In this document: one piece after another, positions 1 through 9,830 of the stretch | How the letters are laid out: every line of letters begins with the position of its first letter | Numbering within the stretch: position 1 is the first letter of the stretch | IMG/VR virus record: IMGVR_UViG_3300012952_000072 | Location: 1-31,514 of that record | Length of the DNA: 31,514 bases | Strand: one strand, 5' to 3' | Origin: a virus | Taxonomy: Duplodnaviria > Caudoviricetes | The notes under the pieces: generated by a model | The model's database searches: none | Seen by the model: the letters and a program-made list of their open reading frames with translations, nothing else | What the model was told of the DNA's origin: nothing | Made by a program: the position numbers and the translations under genes

Positions 1-1329
1 AAAAACGAAAGTACCGCCTGTTAATTCTGAAGCAACGTTCGCATCAATTGTTCTAGTAAGTACTATAGCTGTACTTGCATCTCCAACTGTAGTTACTGAA
101 TATATTCCGTTCTGTGCTCCAGTACTTTGATCCTTTACAAGTACTCTGATTCCAACAGTATCTAAAGCAACGCTGGTATCAAGAGTAACGGCTCCGTTTG
201 ATGTAGCTGTTAAAGTACCTGCACTATTATCGTAAGTGTAGCCTAGGTTGGCTGTAGTAGCAACTTTCACAGAATCTTTTATGTCTAAAGCTTGCTTTAA
301 TGCATCAACATATTCTTTTGTTACAAGAGTATTGGTATCAAAAGAGGATCTATCTTTATACCCTGAAGGAACTTTTACTACACCAGTTCCGTGTGGAGAA
401 AGAGTAAGATTGTTATTGTTTCCAGTTGATACGGTAGTTCCCGTAAGGCTTATATTATTAGTTCCGAAAGCAAGACTATCTAGCCCAGCTACATCGGAAG
501 TAGTAGCCCCCGGATTCATCGCTGTAGAGCCTAAAGTAGTAGCATTAACACTTACAGCCCCTGAAGAAACTGTAAAGTCTGTACCGTCAAAAGAGGCAAC
601 TCCCTTAGTGGTAGTAGTTGCATCTCTTGCACTAATAGTAAGGGTTTGACCACTTGCAACTGTATCAATAGGATCTGTTCCTGCAACAGTAAATGTTTGA
701 ATTAACTGAGATACTGCTGCAGTACCACTATCGCCACCAATATTTAGTACAGTTGTTACATCGCCCCAAGTAACTACTCCTGAACCATTTGTTAGAAGCG
801 CTTGAGTATTAGTACCATCAGTTGTAGGAAACTTAAATGCACCAGCAAAGCTTACGGCTTTATTAAGTCGAATCTCTTCCGCTCCATTAGTAGTGTTAAG
901 AGTAACATAATTATTAGACCCTTCAGCTATGGTAAAAGCATTTGACTCGGCGTCTTTTATTTTAAATTCAGTTGCTTGAGTGCTTAAATCAACTGTTGCA
1001 GCATCAATATCCAAATTAGCATTAGCAACTATATCCACATCTCCTGAAGCAGAAGTAATTGAATTAGCACCTATAGTAAGATTTGCTGTTTTAACTTGAT
1101 CTACCTTACTATTAGCATCTACAAGAATTGCATTCCCTGCTGTAAGGGTTCCCGCTGTATGATCAAGCATATCGGTATATAATTTACCCCCGATTGCTAT
1201 AACGGAAGAATCATCTGGGGCTCCTATCCATAGCTTATCACTATTATCAGAATAAGCTAGTTCTCCTTTTGCCAAAGAAGAGGGAGCCGCTGTAGATGTA
1301 CTACGTTTTATTTGAATAGTTTGGGGCAT
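1..1329 (-). CDS. Side tail fibre protein, N-terminal part (runs off left edge; absent from ORF track)
   Basis: ATG at 1329 with AAGGAG SD; open for 443 codons. Starts MPQTIQIKRSTSTAAPSSLAKGELAYSD (Mtd-N-like fibre anchor), then TKEYVD..KQALDIKDSVKVATTANL and RVLVKDQSTGAQNGIY fibre motifs. Confidence 0.85.
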   Translation of the reverse strand, partial: MPQTIQIKRSTSTAAPSSLAKGELAYSDNSDKLWIGAPDDSSVIAIGGKLYTDMLDHTAGTLTAGNAILVDANSKVDQVKTANLTIGANSITSASGDVDIVANANLDIDAATVDLSTQATEFKIKDAESNAFTIAEGSNNYVTLNTTNGAEEIRLNKAVSFAGAFKFPTTDGTNTQALLTNGSGVVTWGDVTTVLNIGGDSGTAAVSQLIQTFTVAGTDPIDTVASGQTLTISARDATTTTKGVASFDGTDFTVSSGAVSVNATTLGSTAMNPGATTSDVAGLDSLAFGTNNISLTGTTVSTGNNNNLTLSPHGTGVVKVPSGYKDRSSFDTNTLVTKEYVDALKQALDIKDSVKVATTANLGYTYDNSAGTLTATSNGAVTLDTSVALDTVGIRVLVKDQSTGAQNGIYSVTTVGDASTAIVLTRTIDANVASELTGGTFVF

Positions 1330-1350
1330 TTTAAAACTCCTTTAGTAGCC

Positions 1351-1773
1351 TTAAAAGGCTCCTGCGTCCACTAAATCTGATGTTCCGCCAGCGCTTCCTA
1401 CTATTATAGGTACCCACTCGAATACACCATTACTGGTTTCGCGGTATGCTTTTAGCTCATTGGTAGTAGTGTTGTACCAGAGATTTCCCTCATCAATAGT
1501 ACCGCCCCCGGATGCTGCGGGGGTACCTGCTTGCCTATACATGGCTAAATCTGTTAACTGCCTTACGGCATCATATACGGTTGGTCCTGCTACTTGACCA
1601 TATGACTGAAAATTTATTTGGGATGCAGATTGCCCTGCTGGTAGTGCAAAATTATTTACTACCAAGTCAGTTTGATCACCTTCTATATTAACTGTAATCG
1701 CATCTGCATTTTGTACTGAAATAGTATATACATTCTCTAAAACCGAAACTTGAGTTAAATTCTGTTCAGGCAT
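1351..1773 (-). CDS. Tail-fibre-associated structural protein
   Basis: 140 aa with EGNLWYNTTTNELKAY motif and C-terminal DAGAF; lies between collar and fibre; 1-nt TAATG overlap with upstream gene. Confidence 0.6.
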   Translation of the reverse strand: MPEQNLTQVSVLENVYTISVQNADAITVNIEGDQTDLVVNNFALPAGQSASQINFQSYGQVAGPTVYDAVRQLTDLAMYRQAGTPAASGGGTIDEGNLWYNTTTNELKAYRETSNGVFEWVPIIVGSAGGTSDLVDAGAF

Positions 1774-2120
1774 TATGCGGCTCCGTTCGTTATTCCAGCA
1801 TTAATATTTACTGTTCCTTCTATAAGACGCTTAACTATAGCATTATCTGCTGTATGAATTTCTAAATCATAGAAATATTGTCCAGCAGTAAGAGCCGCTG
1901 TAGTAGTTGCTATTAACTCCATTTTTACTGTGCCGTCCGTAGGAGTAGGAATAGTGCAACCAAAAGTTGCGGCAGTACCTGTTGCACTCTTACTAGTTTT
2001 CATGGCCGCACGCGCACTATAGCCTGTAAGATTTTTAATTACAGAGTTTTCCTTTACCACTAGGTCGATTGTGAAAGTCGATCCTTGGTCAATCACTAGG
2101 TCATAATTTGCTGCACTCAT
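1773..2120 (-). CDS. Collar/fibre-attachment protein (T5 p132/BppU-N-like Ig fold)
   Basis: Start corrected to ATG 2120 (GGAG SD; the track start at 2168 is inside the promoter). Motifs DLVIDQGSTF, NLTGYSARAAMK, YFYDLEI, RLIEGTVNI. Confidence 0.75.
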   Translation of the reverse strand: MSAANYDLVIDQGSTFTIDLVVKENSVIKNLTGYSARAAMKTSKSATGTAATFGCTIPTPTDGTVKMELIATTTAALTAGQYFYDLEIHTADNAIVKRLIEGTVNINAGITNGAA

Positions 2121-2139
2121 TATTTTTCTCCATGATGAA

Positions 2140-2180
2140 ATTATAACAAACAGGAGGTTCGTAGTCAAGATTTATTTTTT
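2140..2180 (-). promoter_or_regulatory. sigma70-type promoter for collar/fibre genes
   Basis: AAAAAATAAATC-TTGACT(2168-2163)-17 nt-TATAAT(2145-2140). Confidence 0.88.
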
Positions 2181-2188
2181 ATTAGGTG

Positions 2189-2683
2189 TTATGAAGGCTC
2201 AGTTGGCCAGGGTATTTTTGACTCGTCATCTACGCTGTTTGAGATATTACTCATTAAATCTCTTAGTTGTTGCCTGTATGTAACATACTCTGCTTTTTTA
2301 GAATCAGATAGTGGATTATCTCCTACTTGTGTCCAATCCGTACGATATAATTCACTGTCTCTTCTCAGTCTTGCGTCCGATAGTAATTCAGTTTGATCTA
2401 AAACCCAAGCCTCTGAATCTTTGTTCCATTTATAATAGGGAGTAGGACGAACTGTTCGTTTAGTCCAAGCGTTTCCTTTTCTCCAATATTTTGACGTAAA
2501 ATCATCATGATATACCACTCCATCGAGTGCGGTTATCTCATCATTATTCATATAAATTATAGTGTACCCATCTTCTGTTACGGTACCATCGGGACGAGAA
2601 TGTCCCTCATTATAAGACTCGAGGTGATTTATCTCCCCTGTCGAATTATTGACATAAACTAACCAAGAAACTAATACTGACAT
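2189..2683 (-). CDS. Tail fibre assembly chaperone (Tfa-like C-terminal domain)
   Basis: C-terminal RDSELYRTDWTQVGDNPLSDSKKAEYVTYRQQLRDL...WPTEP signature. Confidence 0.8.
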   Translation of the reverse strand: MSVLVSWLVYVNNSTGEINHLESYNEGHSRPDGTVTEDGYTIIYMNNDEITALDGVVYHDDFTSKYWRKGNAWTKRTVRPTPYYKWNKDSEAWVLDQTELLSDARLRRDSELYRTDWTQVGDNPLSDSKKAEYVTYRQQLRDLMSNISNSVDDESKIPWPTEPS

Positions 2684-2684
2684 T

Positions 2685-3488
2685 TTAACCCTCCGGTTTC
2701 ATTAATATAATTACCCCTCCTGGGGGCATACAAAATACTGCCCAGATCTGTCCGAACTGAGACGAAATCTGAAATTTAGTCATACAGGATACTCCAATTT
2801 TATTATTTGTATAATCCCACATCGAATATTGATAATAACTACCATTGTATCTCATAGGCAGAAAATGCATATAATAATTCGAAATAGAATTATTCCCTCC
2901 ATTCCATATTTGTTCTACAGCCACAGTATTCTGCGGTTGTCCGCCATAGGATCTTAAATCCATCCAAGTATGCGAACTTGCACCAAAACCGGTGGGTGGC
3001 CCAAAATGAAGCCCACTAGCTCCACTTCCTATACCTGTAACAGACGTCAGTGTCAGAATTATGTTTCCATTCTTAGAGTATCTGCTAGAATAGTTTCGTT
3101 GACCAGAGCTATTCTGAACCTGAAGTCCTTTTGCATTTCCACTTGCCGCATCTTCTGTTCGATCTTTATTAAGTTTTGCTCTTATATAAGCCATATCGGA
3201 AGTACTACTAGCAAAATGATGCCATGTTGCATTCGTTTCAGTACCCGACCATCTTCCAAGAAGCCTATGCCCTTCAGGAATGGATGGTGTAACGGAGGAA
3301 TTTCCTGTATTCGAACTGTTCTCAGAGGAAGGTTTATGGAAGAAAACCTCATCTTGCAGATTTACACCCGTTAAAGTGCCTCCCTGTGATATTGTGCCAC
3401 TATCTACAACCGTTAAAGAACTTGCATATGTATTATCAATTTGTACATTTCCATTTGAATTGAAAACTTGTATTCCATAATCGGGCAT
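2685..3488 (-). CDS. Putative tail-tip/receptor-binding protein
   Basis: N-terminus MPDYGIQVFNSNGNVQID, with an internal repeat GLQVQNSSGQRNYSS. This pattern is typical of tip proteins encoded after gpJ-like central fibres. Confidence 0.6.
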   Translation of the reverse strand: MPDYGIQVFNSNGNVQIDNTYASSLTVVDSGTISQGGTLTGVNLQDEVFFHKPSSENSSNTGNSSVTPSIPEGHRLLGRWSGTETNATWHHFASSTSDMAYIRAKLNKDRTEDAASGNAKGLQVQNSSGQRNYSSRYSKNGNIILTLTSVTGIGSGASGLHFGPPTGFGASSHTWMDLRSYGGQPQNTVAVEQIWNGGNNSISNYYMHFLPMRYNGSYYQYSMWDYTNNKIGVSCMTKFQISSQFGQIWAVFCMPPGGVIILMKPEG

Positions 3489-3489
3489 T

Positions 3490-3858
3490 TTAATTTCTCA
3501 TTATAAAGTATCTAATTGTTCTGCTAGCATTGGTTTCTGACAGTACAAAAAATCTAAACTGATTTGTGCCTCTGTTCGCCGTAGATATCTGTTGTGGAAC
3601 AAAGCTCCAGCTTATGGGGTTTAAGGTAGCGGGGTCCCCCGCTACTATACATACTTGTATTTCATCAGTATTTGTAGCAGTCATTCCTGTTACAGTTACA
3701 TAGGGAGAATACCCAAAATAATACGGCCGTGTGGCAGGACCTCCTAGCGTATAAGAGCTTACAGTAGCAGTATTTATCAGTACTATGCTTGTATTTTTAT
3801 TTCCTGCGCTCAGAATTTTATTTCCGGAGGCATTATACCATTCGACTCCGTATGTCAT
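3490..3858 (-). CDS. Putative tail-tip accessory protein
   Basis: N-terminus MTYGVEWYNASGNKIL resembles that of the next gene; coupled to the central fibre stop codon. Confidence 0.55.
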   Translation of the reverse strand: MTYGVEWYNASGNKILSAGNKNTSIVLINTATVSSYTLGGPATRPYYFGYSPYVTVTGMTATNTDEIQVCIVAGDPATLNPISWSFVPQQISTANRGTNQFRFFVLSETNASRTIRYFIMRN

Positions 3859-6800
3859 TATAACTGTCCTATTCTAACTCTTAAAGTCCCCGAATTATCT
3901 TTTATGTCTATTCTATTATTAGCTCCATCAAAGAACATAGTACCATTACTAGAAGAGGTAGAAGAAATTTGTAGCTCCGATGCTCTAACTGAATTAGCTG
4001 CTATTTGGTCTGCTCCAATAGTATTTGTTTCTATATTTCCACCATCAATAGCTGTTACAGTTGAGCCATCTTTTGTAAAATTACCATTACTAAAAGTAAC
4101 TACACCTGAGAAACTAGTATGCACACTTACTGTACCATAACTAACATATACAACAGAAGAACCTGCTGAGGCTTCTTGTCCATAAAACATTACAGAATAA
4201 TAAGTATTTCCAGTAGAAGGATCCTGTACACTCATTCCATTTGTCCAAACATTATTCGTACCATTTGAACCAATTCCAGAACCACTGACTAATCCATTTG
4301 AAAAGGAATAAGTATTGCCACTTGGTGCTCCGGGTGCTCCTGAACTAGTTTTTGCGTAGAATAAGTGACCTTGAACAACTCTTAATCCGTTTGATCCTGT
4401 AGAACCAGATGGACCTGCGGGACCCCCAGGTCCTTGCGGTCCTTGGGCTCCTTGCGGTCCTTGGGCTCCAGTTGCTCCAGTTGCTCCTTGAGCTCCAGTA
4501 GCTCCAGTAGCTCCAGTAGCTCCTTGTGCTCCATCACTTCCATCAACCCCTTCTATTGACTTAGACAAAGACTGGCTTTTTTGTACATTTATTGCTGTTC
4601 CGTCTAAACGTTTGCCAATAAGAGTATAAGTTACTGAGGCTTGATTAGCTGACATACCAGAGTGGTTTGCTACTACAGCATAATTTCCACCATCACTAAC
4701 TGCACCAGGACTTACAGAACTACCGCTAGTTGTTACTCTCCATTTACCGTTTGCTGTACCCACTCCATCATAATCTAACTGCTGAGATCCTTGATATAAG
4801 TGAATATTAGTACCAGAATTAGTATAAGTTACTGTACCAGTATTTGTAGTGGATAAAGTATGTGCTTCATTACTTAAAAATACTGTTAAAGCATCTCCAC
4901 CTGGCTTTACTCCAAAAATTGTAAAAGTATCCGTTGCAACAACAGTTCCGCCTGTACCATCTTCTCTTACCTTTACATGTATAACATCGGGTAAGGTTGA
5001 AAAAGCAGTAGGGGGTGTATAAGAATAAGTACTGCCTGTAGTATTTTGTACAGTCGTTGTATCATTTAAAAATTCATAATAATATGTATGATTACCCGTA
5101 TCTAAATTTTGAGCAGAAGCAGTTATTGTAAACGCTGAACTTGGAGTAGGAGTTGTACCATCATCTTTATATTCTATTGCTTGTGTGTTTGCCGTTAAAG
5201 ATACTGCCAAAGCATCTGAACCAATTGAACCGTCTGCGCCCCTTAAGCTTTTAGTAAATCGTTGAGTTTTTACAAAAGTAGTTTCTTCACCATTATTATC
5301 TGTAACAACTATAGTTATTTCAATTCTTCCAACGTTTGCGGACATGCCAGTAATTGCAGGCAAAACATACTTATCACTAGTAGTAGAGGGAGTTCCTGCA
5401 GTAACATTATGTGCCTGAATTCCTGTTACTCTAAAACTAGGTACGGTGTAAGGAGAACTAGCATCATAATCTAGTTGTGTAGAACCTATAAAAACTTCTA
5501 AGTCTGTTCCGGTATTAGTAAAATCTAAACTATCATCACTATTAGTCGCAACAGTTGCGTTTAAATTACTTAACTCCATACTCAAGCCATCAATGTGACC
5601 TGTAGCAGAGCCATGGATACCATTACTTCCTTTTGTAGGATTATATAAAGAAAAGACATCTTTTAACTGTGTAGCAGCTCTTCCTGTAGACGGTCTACTA
5701 ACTGCATAACGTATCCAATAGTATCTATCTGTAAGGCCAGAAGTAACTATCTGGTCAGTATAGGTATCGCTCTTAACCATTGCGATTTGTTTTGCACCAG
5801 TACCGTGAGTAAAAGACTGATTAGTATGTCTCCAAATCTCTACTGAATGAGTTGCTCTATTAAAGTTAGCGTGATTAGTCCAGTTTAAGACAACGCCACC
5901 TCGGTCTCCTGTAGTTGCCGACAGACCCGAAGGCCCGGGAGGAGTTGCAACCGGACCTACAGTAGCTTCGCTTCCTTCGTACTTTATCTGCCTGTTCGTT
6001 TCACTAATTATAAAAGCGGCATCATTATGCTCTTCAGCGCTAACTTGAACTAAGCACTCCTTATCCAGACTTAGATTTGAGATTCGGAACATTTTATCCG
6101 TCCAACCAAATCTTGGATAAGTAATCTTTATAATTTCTCCCGCTAAAAGAAGGAAGCCTTTAGGAGGCATTTTAAAATTAATACTTAAACCATAGCGTGA
6201 ACGTTCCAAGTATTGTTTAGCATTAATTCGCCCATTAAAATAATTAGTAACATTTTTAGTTTTTATATCGCCTTTTTTAGGAATATTACGATCTTCTTTT
6301 AAATAAGTAGAATTAAAGAAAGTTATAGAACGATCTTCATATCGATTTTGAGGATCAGGAACATCAACAGTTACAGTATTATAGGTGCCTTTAATTCCTG
6401 CATCATCTACATTTATAGTACCTATAATATCTTCATCAGAAATTTTTGCAGGATAATATGTAGTAGATCCTATGGTTACTGAGTCATCTGTACCTGCTGC
6501 ACCTGCTATTTCTAAAGAATATTTACCGGAAGAATAACGTAAAAGACCGTTAAATTGAGCCAGCATATCATTTATATTATTAAACACAGGAGCGGCTGTA
6601 TCTATAACACAGTTAGTTTGGTGTCTAGTTACCTGTCTTTGATGCTGGGATTCCCATCCTAAATATTTCCAATATTTTACAAAGTCACAATCATAAAGAG
6701 AATAGCCGCTAAGATAACTTTGAGAATTGGTGTCATAAGTGCGAACAAGAGGATTGCCCTCAAAAGAAGCAGCAGAAGTATCAACATTAACATCTGTAGA

Positions 6801-9800
6801 AGTTCCTACTTTTCTCAGAGTTACAGTAGCTGAAGTTCCTGTGGGAGCGTCCGACAGAGTACCTGTTCCTGACTTAATATATACATTACTATCATGCCAG
6901 ACTAAGTCTCCATCTGTATAAGTTTTCCAGTCAGTCCATTTATTGCCTAATTTTCCTACACAGTTAGTAAAAGTTATCTGTTTTTTACTATTTTTAGTTT
7001 CTACTGTTTTTACTTCTCCCTGCCAAAACTTAGTGCCTGTTGCAGGGAATTTATACTTATCTCCTACTGAAAAAGAAGCAGAAGAAGCAAATTGTACCGT
7101 GATTTCAGATCGAGTATCACAGTCTCGTCCTGCTTGAGAAAATCCCTCTAAGTCAATATCTCTATCAAGATCTAATCCTTTTCCATACCTTTTATCCATT
7201 ATATAGTCTAGCAACTGCATGGCGGGATTAGTAGTTACCCTGTTATCGCCTGGGTTTACTATTTTAAAAGTATAAGTATTATCAGGAATATGATCCCCAT
7301 CGAAGGACATATTGACTTTCGCTATCTTATCTCCTCCGTCATAGTCTATAATTTCTCTTGTTTGTACATACTCGGAGCCATCTGATTCTAACTTAGTAAC
7401 AATTATAGTTTTACCATTGTAAGAATCGTCTGTACCGCTAGCACCACTATCTAAAGCAATAGCGTCTTTTGTAACTATTGTATCTATATTCGCAGAATTA
7501 AAGTTAGCGTTAGTATCATCTCCTACATTATCAATCGTACCCACAGTATTGTTATAATCATACATAAACTCATAGTAAGTTTGCCAGTCGAACTCTGGGC
7601 TATAACCAGTACTATTATAAGGATTGACATGAAGATCAGGAAAATGCTGCCATGCTTTTGCAGAAAGACCATTCTGATTTACGCTAATTTGTACGCCGCT
7701 ACTAGTCCCTGATTGGTTGGAAGTAATTGTTTCCTCTAATTTTGCTGGGACGGTACCTGAGTGTGTTTCATTATCCCAAGTTTCAAGATAATATTTATCT
7801 GAGCCTTTTTGCATATAAAAAGCAGTAGTAGTCCCTAAACCAGGATTATTTTGAAACTGAATTCGTTCGAAGCTTTCACCGTCTTGCCCTAAAAAGGAAA
7901 AAATATCATTAATAACTACATTACTCGCTAGAGTAGAATTATCTGAAGTTTTCTTAATAGTGACTTCATCTCCGATTTCAAAATTACTAAGAGCCGAAGA
8001 AGTTCCAGACACGTCTCTTCCATATGCCCAATCATAATTATAACACTTAACTAATTTTCCTCGGACAACAAAATCTATCTCGGGAATTGTAGTCTCTCCC
8101 TCCCCAATAGTATAATGAGCAACCATATAAGCAGTATCTAATACTCTGTGATTGGTTCCCCAGTATTCTTGTTTTTTATCGAAGTAATCATTTTGTATTT
8201 TAAAAGAATTACTTTGTGCCTTGTCTACTAAAAGAGGATTAGCTGATTGTCCCCGCTTTCCAAGATGCATGGTAAATTTAGCATCAATAGGGTCAGTAAT
8301 AACATGAGTTCTTTCATGACCAATACCTGATGCAGTAGCGACGCCCGTTTCTCCTGCGCTTTGATATTGAGCCGATAAAGCTTTTATTCTATCTTCAAAT
8401 CTACTGAGTTCGACTGAACCTACTCCGGGCATCCATGATCTTGGAACAAAGTCGGTTAAAGTCTGGTTACTAGTGCTTGTAGTAGCAATAGACCCCATTA
8501 CATCACCTCTATCCATCCTTCCTTTACAAAGAACTTCAATAGTATTTTCTTCAGTTTGTGCGCTACGAGTATCAAAATCGTTTTTATCTATACAAATAGA
8601 ACTGGTGTCATCAATATACATATCATAGATACCACCAATCTCTCCTTCGCAAAGAGCATAGGCAACAAATACTTGCTTAGAGTCATTCTTATCTGTATCT
8701 ACAAAGAAAGGTATGCTATCTATTTTTTGCACACCGTAAACTACAGGCAAATATTTAGAAGAAAGATTGAACCTTAAATCGGTTTCTCGATCTACTTCTT
8801 CTTCGTATTCTACTTGCTTATATTTACTATATCCATACCACTTCTTTTTCTTTACTAGTTTATACCTTGTTTCCATAACTTGATAAATTGCTACCAAGTT
8901 TACTGCTTGTTCAGCATGTAAGAAGCCTAAGTCATTAGCATATTCTTTTCGTATTAAAGCAGAGCGATCAGGTCTTGCGTTTCCATCCAAAGCTCTATGA
9001 TGCTGGTCTGAAGTTAATCTTCCATTTACACTTTGAAAATCCCCCCAATGGCTTGTTATTCCCCATGAAATTTTAGACCCCTTCATAGGATCTTCAGTTA
9101 ATTTAGAAGTGCCTATTATACCTTTAAAAATAAGAAAAGGTGCTCCAATTATTCCTCCAGTCTCAGGATTAATATGAGTCTTATAAATTTCAACATCCCT
9201 ATTAATGTAGCCTGCATAGCTTCCAGATGTTTTAGGGTTTAATAATCCTATTATTTCTTCAGAATCGAAAGTAAAACTTCCTGTTCTACTAGTAGAATCC
9301 CCCGCGATAGTATCTGATGAACTAACAGCAGTTATGTTTGCTGTTCTATTATTATTAGTAAATGCATCTATTCTGACTCTTTTATTATTGTTTGCTCCGG
9401 CAGAGGCCACTAATTTTACAATATCACCTTCTTGAAAGCCGGAAGCCACTAAGTCAACATCCGTTGCTATAGTGGAAGAAGTTGTTGTAAAAGAAAAAGA
9501 GGCAGAGGTATATAAAGCATCCGCAGATAATGTTAAGTTAATATTATTAACTCGTGCTTCTATAGTTTCGCTGATTGATCCAACTTGAAGTACTTTATTA
9601 GCTAAATATGTTTGAGCTCCATTTGAAGAGCCTCCTGCATTTTTTGATCCATCGTCAAATACAATATCATGAGAGCCGTCAGTAATATAAGCATAGTCGT
9701 TTGCGTTTCGCGCACTAGTACCTGTGGACGTTTTTATAGCCTTTTCAAATTTTATTAGATGAGCATAGACAAAAGCATCATTTTCTAACAATGACTCTGT

Positions 9801-9830
9801 TATACCTGCGGGGAGAGTTCGTAATGTCAT
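3858..9830 (-). CDS. Baseplate hub / central straight fibre (T5 pb3+pb4-like, single 1990-aa ORF)
   Basis: Follows Dit. Hub motifs LPVVYG, ALCEGEIGGI, TTNPAMQLLDY. FNIII-like PSGLSAT..VVLNW..YYWIR, Ig-like repeats, collagen stretch, and spike end RIDIKDNSGTLRVRIGQL. Confidence 0.85.
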   Translation of the reverse strand: MTLRTLPAGITESLLENDAFVYAHLIKFEKAIKTSTGTSARNANDYAYITDGSHDIVFDDGSKNAGGSSNGAQTYLANKVLQVGSISETIEARVNNINLTLSADALYTSASFSFTTTSSTIATDVDLVASGFQEGDIVKLVASAGANNNKRVRIDAFTNNNRTANITAVSSSDTIAGDSTSRTGSFTFDSEEIIGLLNPKTSGSYAGYINRDVEIYKTHINPETGGIIGAPFLIFKGIIGTSKLTEDPMKGSKISWGITSHWGDFQSVNGRLTSDQHHRALDGNARPDRSALIRKEYANDLGFLHAEQAVNLVAIYQVMETRYKLVKKKKWYGYSKYKQVEYEEEVDRETDLRFNLSSKYLPVVYGVQKIDSIPFFVDTDKNDSKQVFVAYALCEGEIGGIYDMYIDDTSSICIDKNDFDTRSAQTEENTIEVLCKGRMDRGDVMGSIATTSTSNQTLTDFVPRSWMPGVGSVELSRFEDRIKALSAQYQSAGETGVATASGIGHERTHVITDPIDAKFTMHLGKRGQSANPLLVDKAQSNSFKIQNDYFDKKQEYWGTNHRVLDTAYMVAHYTIGEGETTIPEIDFVVRGKLVKCYNYDWAYGRDVSGTSSALSNFEIGDEVTIKKTSDNSTLASNVVINDIFSFLGQDGESFERIQFQNNPGLGTTTAFYMQKGSDKYYLETWDNETHSGTVPAKLEETITSNQSGTSSGVQISVNQNGLSAKAWQHFPDLHVNPYNSTGYSPEFDWQTYYEFMYDYNNTVGTIDNVGDDTNANFNSANIDTIVTKDAIALDSGASGTDDSYNGKTIIVTKLESDGSEYVQTREIIDYDGGDKIAKVNMSFDGDHIPDNTYTFKIVNPGDNRVTTNPAMQLLDYIMDKRYGKGLDLDRDIDLEGFSQAGRDCDTRSEITVQFASSASFSVGDKYKFPATGTKFWQGEVKTVETKNSKKQITFTNCVGKLGNKWTDWKTYTDGDLVWHDSNVYIKSGTGTLSDAPTGTSATVTLRKVGTSTDVNVDTSAASFEGNPLVRTYDTNSQSYLSGYSLYDCDFVKYWKYLGWESQHQRQVTRHQTNCVIDTAAPVFNNINDMLAQFNGLLRYSSGKYSLEIAGAAGTDDSVTIGSTTYYPAKISDEDIIGTINVDDAGIKGTYNTVTVDVPDPQNRYEDRSITFFNSTYLKEDRNIPKKGDIKTKNVTNYFNGRINAKQYLERSRYGLSINFKMPPKGFLLLAGEIIKITYPRFGWTDKMFRISNLSLDKECLVQVSAEEHNDAAFIISETNRQIKYEGSEATVGPVATPPGPSGLSATTGDRGGVVLNWTNHANFNRATHSVEIWRHTNQSFTHGTGAKQIAMVKSDTYTDQIVTSGLTDRYYWIRYAVSRPSTGRAATQLKDVFSLYNPTKGSNGIHGSATGHIDGLSMELSNLNATVATNSDDSLDFTNTGTDLEVFIGSTQLDYDASSPYTVPSFRVTGIQAHNVTAGTPSTTSDKYVLPAITGMSANVGRIEITIVVTDNNGEETTFVKTQRFTKSLRGADGSIGSDALAVSLTANTQAIEYKDDGTTPTPSSAFTITASAQNLDTGNHTYYYEFLNDTTTVQNTTGSTYSYTPPTAFSTLPDVIHVKVREDGTGGTVVATDTFTIFGVKPGGDALTVFLSNEAHTLSTTNTGTVTYTNSGTNIHLYQGSQQLDYDGVGTANGKWRVTTSGSSVSPGAVSDGGNYAVVANHSGMSANQASVTYTLIGKRLDGTAINVQKSQSLSKSIEGVDGSDGAQGATGATGATGAQGATGATGAQGPQGAQGPQGPGGPAGPSGSTGSNGLRVVQGHLFYAKTSSGAPGAPSGNTYSFSNGLVSGSGIGSNGTNNVWTNGMSVQDPSTGNTYYSVMFYGQEASAGSSVVYVSYGTVSVHTSFSGVVTFSNGNFTKDGSTVTAIDGGNIETNTIGADQIAANSVRASELQISSTSSSNGTMFFDGANNRIDIKDNSGTLRVRIGQL
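4380..4550 (-). repeat. Collagen-like (Gly-X-Y)19 tract; 9-nt period repeats
   Basis: GVD GSD GAQ GAT GAT GAT GAQ ... GPQ GPG GPA GPS GST GSN GLR. Confidence 0.9.

Noticed and set aside
1-1329. Diversity-generating retroelement suggested by the Mtd-like N-terminus
   Set aside because: No reverse transcriptase or TR/VR pair in the window; the fibre C-terminus lies outside it.
2121-2168. N-terminal extension of the collar ORF and short uORF MEKNNECSKL from ATG 2133
   Set aside because: The extension overlaps the promoter. The uORF ATG is simply part of the ATGGAG SD context.
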